DNA of 49,807 bases, taken from NCBI GenBank assembly GCA_050253335.1, contig JBFWJG010000011.1, positions 1 through 49,807 on the forward strand. Direction: 5' to 3'. Below, one piece after another: positions 36,451 to 45,242 of this stretch. Made by a program: the position numbers and the translations under genes. The stretch comes from Deferribacterales bacterium. GTDB lineage: Bacteria; Chrysiogenota; Deferribacteres; Deferribacterales; Geovibrionaceae. Numbering within the stretch: the stretch's first letter is position 1; each line of letters starts with the position of its first letter. Under the pieces are notes generated by a model. The model saw only the letters and a program-made list of their open reading frames with translations. It had not been told where the DNA came from and did not search any database.

Positions 36451-38044
36451 AATTTCTTGTATATCTGTTCTTTCCGCCCCGTTTGGACATGTACAGCGCT
36501 TTGTCCGCCTTTTCGAACACCTTATCAGTGTCCATGCCTTTGCTCCAGCGCGATATGCCTATACTGCAGCCGATTCTGACGCTGTGACCGTCTATCTGCA
36601 TCGGTTTTGAAACAGATTCAATTATACGGGCGGCGACCTTTTCACCTGTTTTTCCGGCATCCGCAAAAACAACCGCGGCAAATTCATCCCCGCCTATCCG
36701 CGCAACAATCTCTTCTTTGCGCACAAGTTCGGTGAGCCTTCTTCCCACCTCCCTCAGCGCCTCATCCCCCGCCGCGTGGCCGTATGTATCGTTTACAGGC
36801 TTAAAGCCGTCCAGATCTATGTACATGAAGTCAAACATCATATCCTGTCTTTCCGCCAAAGCGGTGTTCTTTTCAAGAAAAACATGCAGAGCCGCGCGGT
36901 TCGGAAGTCCGGTAAGCTTATCCTCAAGGGCAATGACCCTCATGCTGTCCAGCTCGGATTCCGCACTGGAAAGGCTTGATATGAGCGCGTTTATTGAGTC
37001 GGACAGAGCCTCTATCTCTTTAATTCCGTGATAGATCGGAATCTGGGCTATTTTGCCGAACCTGAGCTTATCCGCAGCCTTGGCCACGGAGACTATAGGG
37101 TTTGAAACAGCTCCTGCAAAGAACCAGCCCGCAGCGGAGAAAATAACCGTAAGGACTATGCCTGCGGAGGCGATGAAAACCTGAAGGCGGTAAACCGGAT
37201 AATAAGCCACTTCAAGGGGCTGTCTGACGATTACCGTCCAGCCCAGACCCTTGTACTCGCCGTATCCGTTGCTGAAGGCATACCCTGTGAGGTATTCTCC
37301 GTCTTCCCATTTCTCGGCTATCCAGCCGCGGTTGTTAAAACGGGCATCTTTGACGCTCGCCAGTTCAATCTGGCGGCCTATCTCCTCCCTTGGCCCCAGA
37401 AGGACTGTGTTGTCGTGGCTGATTATATAAACAGAGAGATTTTTTCTCTTATTCACAGGGTCAAGAATCCTGTTCTGTATATCATTAACCCATTCCCAGC
37501 TCATATGAGCCGCGAGAACGCCCCTGAGGATCTTATCTCCGCTCTCCACGGCGAAGCTTACATCCACAAACTTCATCGGTTCGCCGCTGGGATTCGGAAG
37601 CAGTTTTGCCAGCAGCACAGCATCATGCACATCCCCGACAAACTCGCCCTTTATCCCTTCCATAAATACCGGACGCTTTGATATATCAGCACCTTCAAGT
37701 ATTCCTCCGGTGCTTGCCTTCACCGTTCCTGAAATATCAGTGAGCCCGATCCACGAAAAAGCGGGAATATTCTTCTGAAGATTTTCAAGGGTTTTTCTGA
37801 CAGAGGCGTAATCGTCTGTTTCCGCCACCGCTTCTATCCGTGAGAAGGTTTTTATCTCGCTGTAGCGGGACCACATGTAGCGGTCCAGCTTTTCTGTGGT
37901 GAGATAAGCTGTCTCCGCCAGAGCTTCCCCTATGTCCCTTTTTTTGTCAGAAACGGATTTGAATCCTATGACAGCCGTCATGGCTGTTGTCAGCAGAATA
38001 CATAATAAAGTGATACGCAGGGTGACATGTTTTCGCATTTCCAT
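36449..38044 (-). CDS. Membrane diguanylate cyclase (dCache-HAMP-GGDEF)
   Basis: 2 TM, Cache-like periplasmic domain, HAMP, 'DKLTGLPNR', 'DLDGFKPVNDTYGH..GD', 'ARIGGDEF'. Confidence 0.95.
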   Translation of the reverse strand: MEMRKHVTLRITLLCILLTTAMTAVIGFKSVSDKKRDIGEALAETAYLTTEKLDRYMWSRYSEIKTFSRIEAVAETDDYASVRKTLENLQKNIPAFSWIGLTDISGTVKASTGGILEGADISKRPVFMEGIKGEFVGDVHDAVLLAKLLPNPSGEPMKFVDVSFAVESGDKILRGVLAAHMSWEWVNDIQNRILDPVNKRKNLSVYIISHDNTVLLGPREEIGRQIELASVKDARFNNRGWIAEKWEDGEYLTGYAFSNGYGEYKGLGWTVIVRQPLEVAYYPVYRLQVFIASAGIVLTVIFSAAGWFFAGAVSNPIVSVAKAADKLRFGKIAQIPIYHGIKEIEALSDSINALISSLSSAESELDSMRVIALEDKLTGLPNRAALHVFLEKNTALAERQDMMFDFMYIDLDGFKPVNDTYGHAAGDEALREVGRRLTELVRKEEIVARIGGDEFAAVVFADAGKTGEKVAARIIESVSKPMQIDGHSVRIGCSIGISRWSKGMDTDKVFEKADKALYMSKRGGKNRYTRN

Positions 38045-38180
38045 TGTGTCTGTCCGTAAGATGAATTTTAAGTTATAAATTCAGAATACCAGAAAAACAC
38101 ATGATTAAAATAAAAAAATACATAAAACTATTGAGGAAAAACACCCTGTCTTTCCTCAATATCCACGACTTTTTTGTATA

Positions 38181-39308
38181 TTATAACCCGCCGAGTCTGG
38201 TCAGCATGTCCAGAGTTTCCTTTGCGCCTTTGCGGTATGGAAAATCCTCGGGGATTTCAAGATTTCTGCTCTGCGCCAGAACAAAGAAGTTTGTTCCGAA
38301 CCCGCCCTCAGGCATTATGAGCGCTTTTACCGCCGCTTTCTGGAGGTCTGTTTCCGCTTTTTCTATCTCGCTCAGAATGCCCGACTGCACAAGGAACAGC
38401 CACTGAGGGGTGAGCGAAACCGGCTCCAGCCCCGCATCCCTGCCGTAGCTCTGCAATGAAGTGAAATCCACAAAAGCGGTTATGTCCTGATCACCTATTC
38501 TCTCAAAAAAGTCATTATTCTGGGAGTGTTTGAAATAGCAGGTCACAGTTCCGTCCCTGCGGTAGGAGGCGAATATATTCTCCGCCGGATAGCCGTAATC
38601 TATGGTGAAAACCATGCCTTTGTCTATTTTTGACGCCAGAGCCTGAACCCAGCCTATCATATCCAGATTGAGATCGACTATCTGCCCGTCCGTTATTCTG
38701 AGGTTTATCCTGTCCAGATATTCCTGTATCTCAGGGGTGGAGAGCCTGTCGGGATAAAATGTCAGCCCGCCTTCATGTTCAATTACGTAAAGCTCCTTCA
38801 CCTCTTCTCCCAGCCTTATGACCCTGTGCACGGGAAAAGCATCCACAAGCTCGTTTGAGAAAAAAACACCCTGAAACCCGCCGAACTCCTCAAAGCTTTT
38901 CCAGCTTACTTTCCCCTCGTGTTCTTTGAGCATTTCTTTCTGACAGTCTATGAGATAGCCGCTTTTCTCTATGATGGTGTAGCTGAGGCCAGCGTAAAAC
39001 TCAGGCTTGGCGGTTTTAAGGTGCGTGAGGATGTCATTTGCCAGCATACCGCTTCCCGCGCCCATTTCACAGAAACAGGCAGGAAGGGAAAGCCTTTCCG
39101 CCGTGTCGGCAAAGGCGTTTGCGATAGTTCTGCCGAATGAAGCCGAAGCGTTCACGGAGGTGTAGAAGCTTCCCTGATGACCGAAGGGGTTCTTCTTCTG
39201 GTAATATCCCTGCTCCGGCTCATACAGAGCCATGTTCATAAATTCAGCAAAAGTTATCATACCTTTATCGGCAATGAGAGTGCGTATTTTTTCTGTAAGA
39301 GAGTTCAT
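38181..39308 (-). CDS. MidA/NDUFAF7-family SAM-dependent methyltransferase
   Basis: 'ITFAEFMNMALY.P..GYY', 'EMGAGSG', 'SNELVDAFPV', 'IDYG', 'QDITAFVDF'. Confidence 0.93.
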   Translation of the reverse strand: MNSLTEKIRTLIADKGMITFAEFMNMALYEPEQGYYQKKNPFGHQGSFYTSVNASASFGRTIANAFADTAERLSLPACFCEMGAGSGMLANDILTHLKTAKPEFYAGLSYTIIEKSGYLIDCQKEMLKEHEGKVSWKSFEEFGGFQGVFFSNELVDAFPVHRVIRLGEEVKELYVIEHEGGLTFYPDRLSTPEIQEYLDRINLRITDGQIVDLNLDMIGWVQALASKIDKGMVFTIDYGYPAENIFASYRRDGTVTCYFKHSQNNDFFERIGDQDITAFVDFTSLQSYGRDAGLEPVSLTPQWLFLVQSGILSEIEKAETDLQKAAVKALIMPEGGFGTNFFVLAQSRNLEIPEDFPYRKGAKETLDMLTRLGGL

Positions 39309-40021
39309 TATCTAACCTTGAAATAGAGCGTTATTTCCGCTGAATCGTTGACTGCGTATGTGACAGAGTTGAACTTGAGCCTTTCCACAAACTCAACGGC
39401 CAGCTTCTCTATGTTTGAGTCGCTTCTGGTTATAAGTACAATTCCGTAGGTTGTACCCTGCTTGTCTATTTTGAAACGGACATTTACCTTGGTGTCGTTA
39501 GCAAGAGAAAAAGCGGGCTTTGGCGGCACATGAGTAATCCGGCGCTTGTTGTTGCTTATATTCTCAAGCACAAAAAAACTGCTGTCAGCATTTTCAACAG
39601 CTTCGGCGGGGGATCTTTCCCCCTGTCCAGCCTTCACTTCCTTCTCCACTGTCTCACGGGTGGACTGGATTTCAGAGAGAAGCCTGTTGTCAACTCGGGC
39701 TTCTGAGTCGGTTGTGACACGGCTCACTTTGAGATCGGGAATCTCAACCTCATAATCTGCATCAACATTAACCTCGGGAATATCAAGCTCCGGCATTGTT
39801 ATGGTGGGTTCGATATTTCTAAAAGGGTTTTCCGCTGCTTTTTCAGGCACGCCGGTAACCTTGACAGGCGGTTTTGGCAGAATCTTAGGCCTAGGAGGAA
39901 TTATCTCCACCGCTATGGGTTCGGAACTGCTCGAAAAATCGACCTTAAACTCCGGCAGAAAGCCCAGAACGGCTATATGCGCCAGAACAGAGATCAGAAC
40001 AAACGGAAAAAGCCGTGCCAA
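39308..40021 (-). CDS. TonB/TolA-like energy transducer
   Basis: N-terminal TM with 'SVLAH' (S-x3-H), Pro-rich linker and TonB_C-like end; follows exbD. Confidence 0.8.
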   Translation of the reverse strand: MARLFPFVLISVLAHIAVLGFLPEFKVDFSSSSEPIAVEIIPPRPKILPKPPVKVTGVPEKAAENPFRNIEPTITMPELDIPEVNVDADYEVEIPDLKVSRVTTDSEARVDNRLLSEIQSTRETVEKEVKAGQGERSPAEAVENADSSFFVLENISNNKRRITHVPPKPAFSLANDTKVNVRFKIDKQGTTYGIVLITRSDSNIEKLAVEFVERLKFNSVTYAVNDSAEITLYFKVR

Positions 40022-40023
40022 AA

Positions 40024-40425
40024 CTACTCCTCTTCAACTGCGATTGCGAACTTCTCAAAGCCTGTTTTTCTGGCTGCATCCATAACGAAAACCACCTTGC
40101 CGTGGGTTGCCGCCTTGTCGGCTTCAATAACCACAGTGGCTTCAGGGCTTTCATTTTTAAGGCTGTCCAGTATTCCCGCCACCTTGTCATCAGCGTAAAG
40201 CACGCCGTTAACATGGATTCCGCCTTCGCTGTTTATGGAAATACGGATATTCTTCTTAACCTCCACAGGGTCACCCTTCGCCTTGGGCAAATCAACATCA
40301 ATGGAGCTTGAAACAATGAATGATGTTGATACCATGAAGAAAATAAGCAGAAGGAAGACCACGTCTATCAGAGGCGTAATGTTTATATCAAGGCTCTGTT
40401 TGCGGTCGTCTCTGGAAAATTTCAC
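40024..40425 (-). CDS. exbD: ExbD/TolR biopolymer transporter
   Basis: 'INITPLIDVVFLLLIFFMV', 'VDLP', 'IEADK...HG.VV.VMD'. Confidence 0.95.
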   Translation of the reverse strand: MKFSRDDRKQSLDINITPLIDVVFLLLIFFMVSTSFIVSSSIDVDLPKAKGDPVEVKKNIRISINSEGGIHVNGVLYADDKVAGILDSLKNESPEATVVIEADKAATHGKVVFVMDAARKTGFEKFAIAVEEE

Positions 40426-41048
40426 TGTCCGCCCTCTTTAAAAATAAGATTGATCATCCGGCTTGTCGCCTGCTCAAGCTCAAGGCTCACCCTGTCCGAC
40501 CTGTTACGCACTATGTAGTAAAATATCATGGTGGGGATAGCCACACTGAGACCTGCCGCAGTGGTCAGCAGAGCCTCGGATATTCCCCCCGCCAGAGCCT
40601 GAGCATCGCCCACGCCCTGAGAGCTTATCACGATGAATGTTTTAATCATGCCGAAAACCGTTCCCAGAAGACCGAGAAGGGGTGAAACACTGGCTATGGT
40701 CTGAAGCGTGGGGAGATACTTCTCAAGTCTGCGGGCTTCATAACGTCCGGATTCCTCTGTGGCCTCCATCAGTCTGGAAATTGGGAGATCAAGATTATTC
40801 AGCACATCGGAAGCAATTTTCGCAGCAGAGCTTGAATCCGCGCTGCTGATTGTCCTCGCCGCTTCAAGATCCTTTTTGCTGAGCGCCTCGAAAAGCTTAT
40901 CCAGAAAAAGCTTGGGCATGTATCTTTCTTTTCTGAGGGCATAAAGCCTCTCAAGGAATATTCCAAGGGAAATCATGGACAGGAACAGAATCGGATACAT
41001 AAGCACTCCGCCTTTCTCCATAATCTGCATCAACGAATCCAACATCAA
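40422..41048 (-). CDS. exbB: ExbB/TolQ/MotA proton channel
   Basis: 'GGVLMYPI', 'SPLLGLLGTVFGMI', 'GISEALLTTAAGL.VAIP'. Start could be 41048 or 41045. Confidence 0.95.
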   Translation of the reverse strand: MMLDSLMQIMEKGGVLMYPILFLSMISLGIFLERLYALRKERYMPKLFLDKLFEALSKKDLEAARTISSADSSSAAKIASDVLNNLDLPISRLMEATEESGRYEARRLEKYLPTLQTIASVSPLLGLLGTVFGMIKTFIVISSQGVGDAQALAGGISEALLTTAAGLSVAIPTMIFYYIVRNRSDRVSLELEQATSRMINLIFKEGGQ

Positions 41049-41060
41049 TAGACCTCCAAT

Positions 41061-41418
41061 TATATAAATACCTTAAATATATTACACGTTTTATTACTAT
41101 CTTACTTTTTAAGCGGTCGTGAGTCTGTTCAGCTCGAAAAAACTACTTCCTGTGTTTTTTCTCACACGCTCGCGGACGGATAAACCGCCCTTCGCTACGC
41201 ACGGCGGGTTCCCTTCCATGGGAACCTATAGCGTTCATCGGCTATCCAAATATATATAAATACCTTAAATATATTATACGTTTTATTACTATCTTACTTT
41301 TTAAGCGGTCGTGAGTCTGTTCAGCTCGAAAAAACTACTTCCTGTGTTTTTTCTCACACGCTCGCGGACGGATAAACCGTCCTTCGCTCCGCACGGCGGG
41401 TTCCCTTCCATGGGAACC
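41061..41418. repeat. Direct duplication: two 166-bp copies (41061-41226 and 41253-41418), period 192 bp
   Basis: Copies align with 3 substitutions; each has an AT-rich part plus a multi-hairpin module. Confidence 0.95.
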
Positions 41419-41473
41419 CTGGGAACCTGCTCGGGTAATCTGTTCGGCTGTTCTCTGATGAATGCCTTAGATG

Positions 41474-41511
41474 CTCCTCCCCCTTTTTAAAAGGGGGAAA
41501 GAGGGGGATTT
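41474..41511. repeat. G/C-run palindrome (CCCCCTTT..AAAGGGGG type)
   Basis: CTCCTCCCCCTTTTTAAAAGGGGGAAAGAGGGGGATTT immediately after the TPR gene stop. Confidence 0.6.
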
Positions 41512-41513
41512 AC

Positions 41514-44171
41514 CTATTTCCCCCTGAGTTTCTTCTCCAGCACTTTGGCATCCTTTGTTTTTCCGAGCTTTTTATATATATCGACAGTTTTTCTTAAACT
41601 TTGTTTCGCATATTTTGATTCGGGAAAGAGGTAGTAACCCTTCATGTATGCCGCGGCGGCCTGCTCCGGCTGTTTTTTCGCCTCCAGCAGTCTGCCCTGA
41701 TTAAAATATGCCCCGGGCATAACGGTAACATTTTTACTTGCCAGCATGTCCTTAACAGTCTGCTCGTTTTTCAGAAGCTCTGCCCCGCCGAGGAGAGACA
41801 GATACCTGTCCATCCCTGCGTAGTAAAGCTCAGAGTCCCTTTCCTTAAAATATTCCGCAGATTTAAGCACTTCCGCAGGGTTTCCCGACACCTCGGCTAT
41901 CTTGCTGTTGGCAAGCTCCCTGAACCTTTCTGATTCTGTAAGCTGAAGATATATCTTAACAGCGGCGGCCGAGTCCTTGGCCTCTGTGCAGTCCGCTTTA
42001 AGGAAAAGAGCATCCTCCTTCGAACCGCCGATAGCCATAAGCCTGTCGGCATCGGCTATGCACTGCTCAAGCCTTCCCGTGTTTTTGAAAAGCCTTCCGC
42101 GGAGGAGATACCCCTCACGCACATACTGGGAATCCGGAAATTCACCGAAAAAGCGGTTAACCATCTTGGTTGCCAGATCGATCTCTTTGAGATCTATGGC
42201 AAGCCTCGCGGCCTGAATGAGCAGGAAGTCCTTTCTCTCGAACCTGCCCAGTCCGGTAAGCGACATCTCTCCGGTTTTCAGGAACTCTGTCTTCATGTTT
42301 CTTGCGGCATAGCCGGAAAGCAGGCCGTAAACTGAGTCGAATATTGCATAATCTTTTGCGATGAGCGATCTGTAGATAGGCTCGGCATCAGTGTAGCGCT
42401 TCATGGAGGTGTAGACCTTAGCTCTGAGCAGAAGGTTTTTCGGCTCGTTGTCCGTGGAGTTCAGCAGTTCAAGAACGCGCTTGTAGTCACCTGCGAGAAA
42501 CAGGCTCTCCGTCAGAGTGTCAAAAAACTGCATATCCGCAAAATGCTTTTTATATATTTTAACAGCCTCGTCATGCTGATCCAGTTTCAGATATGTAAGC
42601 ATGAGCAGGTAATCAGTCTCTTTTTCAGTGTGGGGAACTTTTTTCAGTTCGGCCAGAACGCCTTTGAAGTCTTTTTTGTTGTAAAGTATTGCGGCGCGCA
42701 GCTTGGAGGCTTTTTCTCCCTGAAGACTGCCGAGAAGCCCCTCCGCCGCTTCGTATTTCTGCCCGCCGATGGCTATTTCCGCTTTAAGCAGCTTGCAGTC
42801 ATCGGTGAAGCAGTCCTCAACCAGCATCAGCGCATCAGCCGTTCTTCCCCGAAGATAGTAAATCTGTCCCAGAACATAGCGGGCTATTTTAACCTTTTCG
42901 TCCTCCTCGCTGGAGTCAATGTATTTAAGCAGGAGGAACTCGGTTTTTGAAATATCAGTGCGGAAATATGCTATGCCGCGGTAGAAATACGCGCTCTCCA
43001 TGAGCTCACGGCTGAATATTATGCTGTCCAGACGGCGCACCGCCTGAGGGTAGTCCTTGCCGGCCATAGCCGCAAGACCGTTGTAGTAGTTTATGTAATC
43101 ATTGTTGGTTTTCTTGTCAAACCTGATACTGTCGCCGAAGGCGGGATCAAGAGCGGGGAACATCTGCCTGACATAGAAGAAGAAAACGTTCAGCCTGTTT
43201 TCATCTGCCTTCAGTTTCCCAGTAAGCTCGGCCGCTCTGTTTATGTTCCTGCCGAGAACTGCGAGTTTGGCGTTCAGGACATTTTTCGCCTCGCCCTCAG
43301 GCATGGAATTCACAAGCTTTTCAGCTCCGGTTCTGTCGCCCCTTGAAATAAGGGTGTCGGCTATCATGGGAGCGGTATTCGCGGTTGCTTTGCCGGCAAG
43401 CTTCGCCACCTCTTCCGGTTTGCCGAGAAGATAATCCGCCACCACTGCAAAATCATACATATAAGGGAACCTGTCAAAAAGCTCCTTCTGCTCCGAGGCT
43501 GTTTTCTCTATCCGGGCATAGTCCTTTCTCTGCATAAGAGAATAGAGGTAGGTATAAAGTGAATATTCGGTAAACTTCGGCTGTTCACTGCCGGCGGCAA
43601 TAACCGCAGAGTAGTTTTTTGTGTTGAAGTAATATGAAAAAAGGCTGTCCGTGGCAATATCGCCTGCCGCACCGCCTGATTTTATAACTGTTTTAAGAAT
43701 ATCCGCCCCGCCGGAGAGATTGCCTGTTTCCATAAGCGAAAGACCGTAAAGGAGCGAGCATTCCTGTATATAAGGCGTTCCTGTGAGTTTCTCCCTGTAT
43801 TTTCCGTAGGATTCAATAACCTGAATATATTCCTTGCGGATGAAGTTTTTCACAATGTTGTTGCGGTAAGCCCTTTCCCCCACAAATACGGATGAAAGGC
43901 TTGTGCCGAAACTGCCGGAATACATGCCACCCGGCTCTGCGGAGGAATACTCCTTTTCCTGAGTGTTTTCCAGCCGGAAGCTTTCCTGTTTTATGTAGGT
44001 ATCAAACCCCGAAGCGACATTGAACGAGAGTGAAACGTCCATGTAGGAAGGTGCCACGCTGAACTTGGAGATATCCTCGCCCGTGAACGCAAATTCAGGG
44101 ATGAGGACATCAGCAGCCGCAGGCAGAGACACAAAGATAAAAAGAAGACAGGAGACGGCCAGTTTTCTCAT
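41514..44171 (-). CDS. Large exported tetratricopeptide-repeat protein
   Basis: Signal peptide 'MRKLAVSCLLFIFVSLPAAA', many TPR-like helical repeats, CpoB-like end 'YMKGYYLFPESKYA'. Confidence 0.88.
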   Translation of the reverse strand: MRKLAVSCLLFIFVSLPAAADVLIPEFAFTGEDISKFSVAPSYMDVSLSFNVASGFDTYIKQESFRLENTQEKEYSSAEPGGMYSGSFGTSLSSVFVGERAYRNNIVKNFIRKEYIQVIESYGKYREKLTGTPYIQECSLLYGLSLMETGNLSGGADILKTVIKSGGAAGDIATDSLFSYYFNTKNYSAVIAAGSEQPKFTEYSLYTYLYSLMQRKDYARIEKTASEQKELFDRFPYMYDFAVVADYLLGKPEEVAKLAGKATANTAPMIADTLISRGDRTGAEKLVNSMPEGEAKNVLNAKLAVLGRNINRAAELTGKLKADENRLNVFFFYVRQMFPALDPAFGDSIRFDKKTNNDYINYYNGLAAMAGKDYPQAVRRLDSIIFSRELMESAYFYRGIAYFRTDISKTEFLLLKYIDSSEEDEKVKIARYVLGQIYYLRGRTADALMLVEDCFTDDCKLLKAEIAIGGQKYEAAEGLLGSLQGEKASKLRAAILYNKKDFKGVLAELKKVPHTEKETDYLLMLTYLKLDQHDEAVKIYKKHFADMQFFDTLTESLFLAGDYKRVLELLNSTDNEPKNLLLRAKVYTSMKRYTDAEPIYRSLIAKDYAIFDSVYGLLSGYAARNMKTEFLKTGEMSLTGLGRFERKDFLLIQAARLAIDLKEIDLATKMVNRFFGEFPDSQYVREGYLLRGRLFKNTGRLEQCIADADRLMAIGGSKEDALFLKADCTEAKDSAAAVKIYLQLTESERFRELANSKIAEVSGNPAEVLKSAEYFKERDSELYYAGMDRYLSLLGGAELLKNEQTVKDMLASKNVTVMPGAYFNQGRLLEAKKQPEQAAAAYMKGYYLFPESKYAKQSLRKTVDIYKKLGKTKDAKVLEKKLRGK

Positions 44172-44293
44172 TATTCGTTTTCGATCTTCTTTTCCGGCGA
44201 AGTGGCGTCAGAACATCCGCCTTCACACCCGACTATACCGCTGAAAAGCGAAACAGCCACGACAAGAACCATAAAAAGCCTAGTTAATTTCAC
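44171..44293 (-). CDS. Micro-lipoprotein (40 aa)
   Basis: Hand-translated MKLTRLFMVLVVAVSLFSGIVGCEGGCSDATSPEKKIENE; GTG start with SD GGAGG; stop overlaps the TPR ATG (TAATG); absent from the ORF track. Confidence 0.75.
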   Translation of the reverse strand: MKLTRLFMVLVVAVSLFSGIVGCEGGCSDATSPEKKIENE

Positions 44294-45047
44294 CGCCGTC
44301 CTCCGTTGATTTTAATTTATTATAAAGCCCGTGATGCGTCATATCAAACATAAGAGGAGTAACGCTGACATATCCCTGCGAAACCACATAATCGTCCGAT
44401 TCCTCACGGTCGTCCCTTTTGTATTCCTCTCCTGTCAGCCAGAAATATCTGTTCCCTTTCGGGTCTTCCCTCACTGCAAAGCTGTCCAGAAACTTGGTGT
44501 TGCCCTGAACGGCATATTTCCAGCCTTTCAGTTCGTCATACTCAAGAGGGGGAACATTAACATTCAGCAGTATTCCGTTGTCTGTTTCCATATGATAAAG
44601 CTTTCTCGCGAAAAAAGCGCCTACCTTTGCCGCAGGCTCAAAGTTGCGGCATCTTTTCGAGGCGAGGCTGACAGCTATGGACTTTATGCCCAGCATAGCC
44701 CCTTCGGTCGCGGCGGAAACAGTGCCGGAATAAATTACGTTTGTGGCGACATTCGCACCGTGATTAATGCCGGAAACGACGAGATCCGGCTTTTCGGCGA
44801 CGATATTTGAGAGGGCAATCTTCACACAGTCCGCAGGGGTTCCCTTCACCGCAGTGCCGAAAAACTTGCCGTATCTGTAGAACTCCTCCGTGCGGAGGGG
44901 ATCGTAAATTGTAATGGCGTGCCCAACGGCGGACTGCTCTGTCAGCGGGGCAACAACGGTGACATCAGCAAACTCGGACAAGGCAAGGTAAAGCTGATAT
45001 ATGCCGTCGGAGTAGATTCCGTCATCGTTTGTAAGCAGAATTTTCAT
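44280..45047 (-). CDS. surE: 5'/3'-nucleotidase SurE
   Basis: 'MKILLTNDDG', 'VVAP..EQSA', 'GTPADCV', 'SGINHGAN....VIYSGTVSAA.EG'. Confidence 0.97.
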   Translation of the reverse strand: MKILLTNDDGIYSDGIYQLYLALSEFADVTVVAPLTEQSAVGHAITIYDPLRTEEFYRYGKFFGTAVKGTPADCVKIALSNIVAEKPDLVVSGINHGANVATNVIYSGTVSAATEGAMLGIKSIAVSLASKRCRNFEPAAKVGAFFARKLYHMETDNGILLNVNVPPLEYDELKGWKYAVQGNTKFLDSFAVREDPKGNRYFWLTGEEYKRDDREESDDYVVSQGYVSVTPLMFDMTHHGLYNKLKSTEDGGEIN

Positions 45048-45242
45048 AAATCACCCGTAGTTTGAGGCATATGCTTTAAACAAACGCCACATCCAACCAT
45101 ACATGAAGCGGGGAGTTTTTTCAAGCGGGTCAATTGTTAGGAAAATTTTAAACTCACAAAGTTCAAAGCTGTTCCGCGGGGCGCATAACCACTTCAACAT
45201 CTGCGGGCTCCGGTAAAGCCGGCACGGGAGATATAGTGAGGA

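Noticed and set aside
38181..39308. Functional link between the MidA/NDUFAF7-like methyltransferase and the nearby Mrp operon
   Set aside because: Opposite strand and different operon, and the known substrate type (NuoD/NDUFS2) is not part of Mrp.
41080..41110. Fur box upstream of exbB
   Set aside because: GATAGTAATAAAACG is only a partial match with no dyad symmetry.
41061..41418. CRISPR array interpretation of the direct repeat
   Set aside because: Only two units of 166 bp, far longer than CRISPR repeats, and no cas genes in the window.
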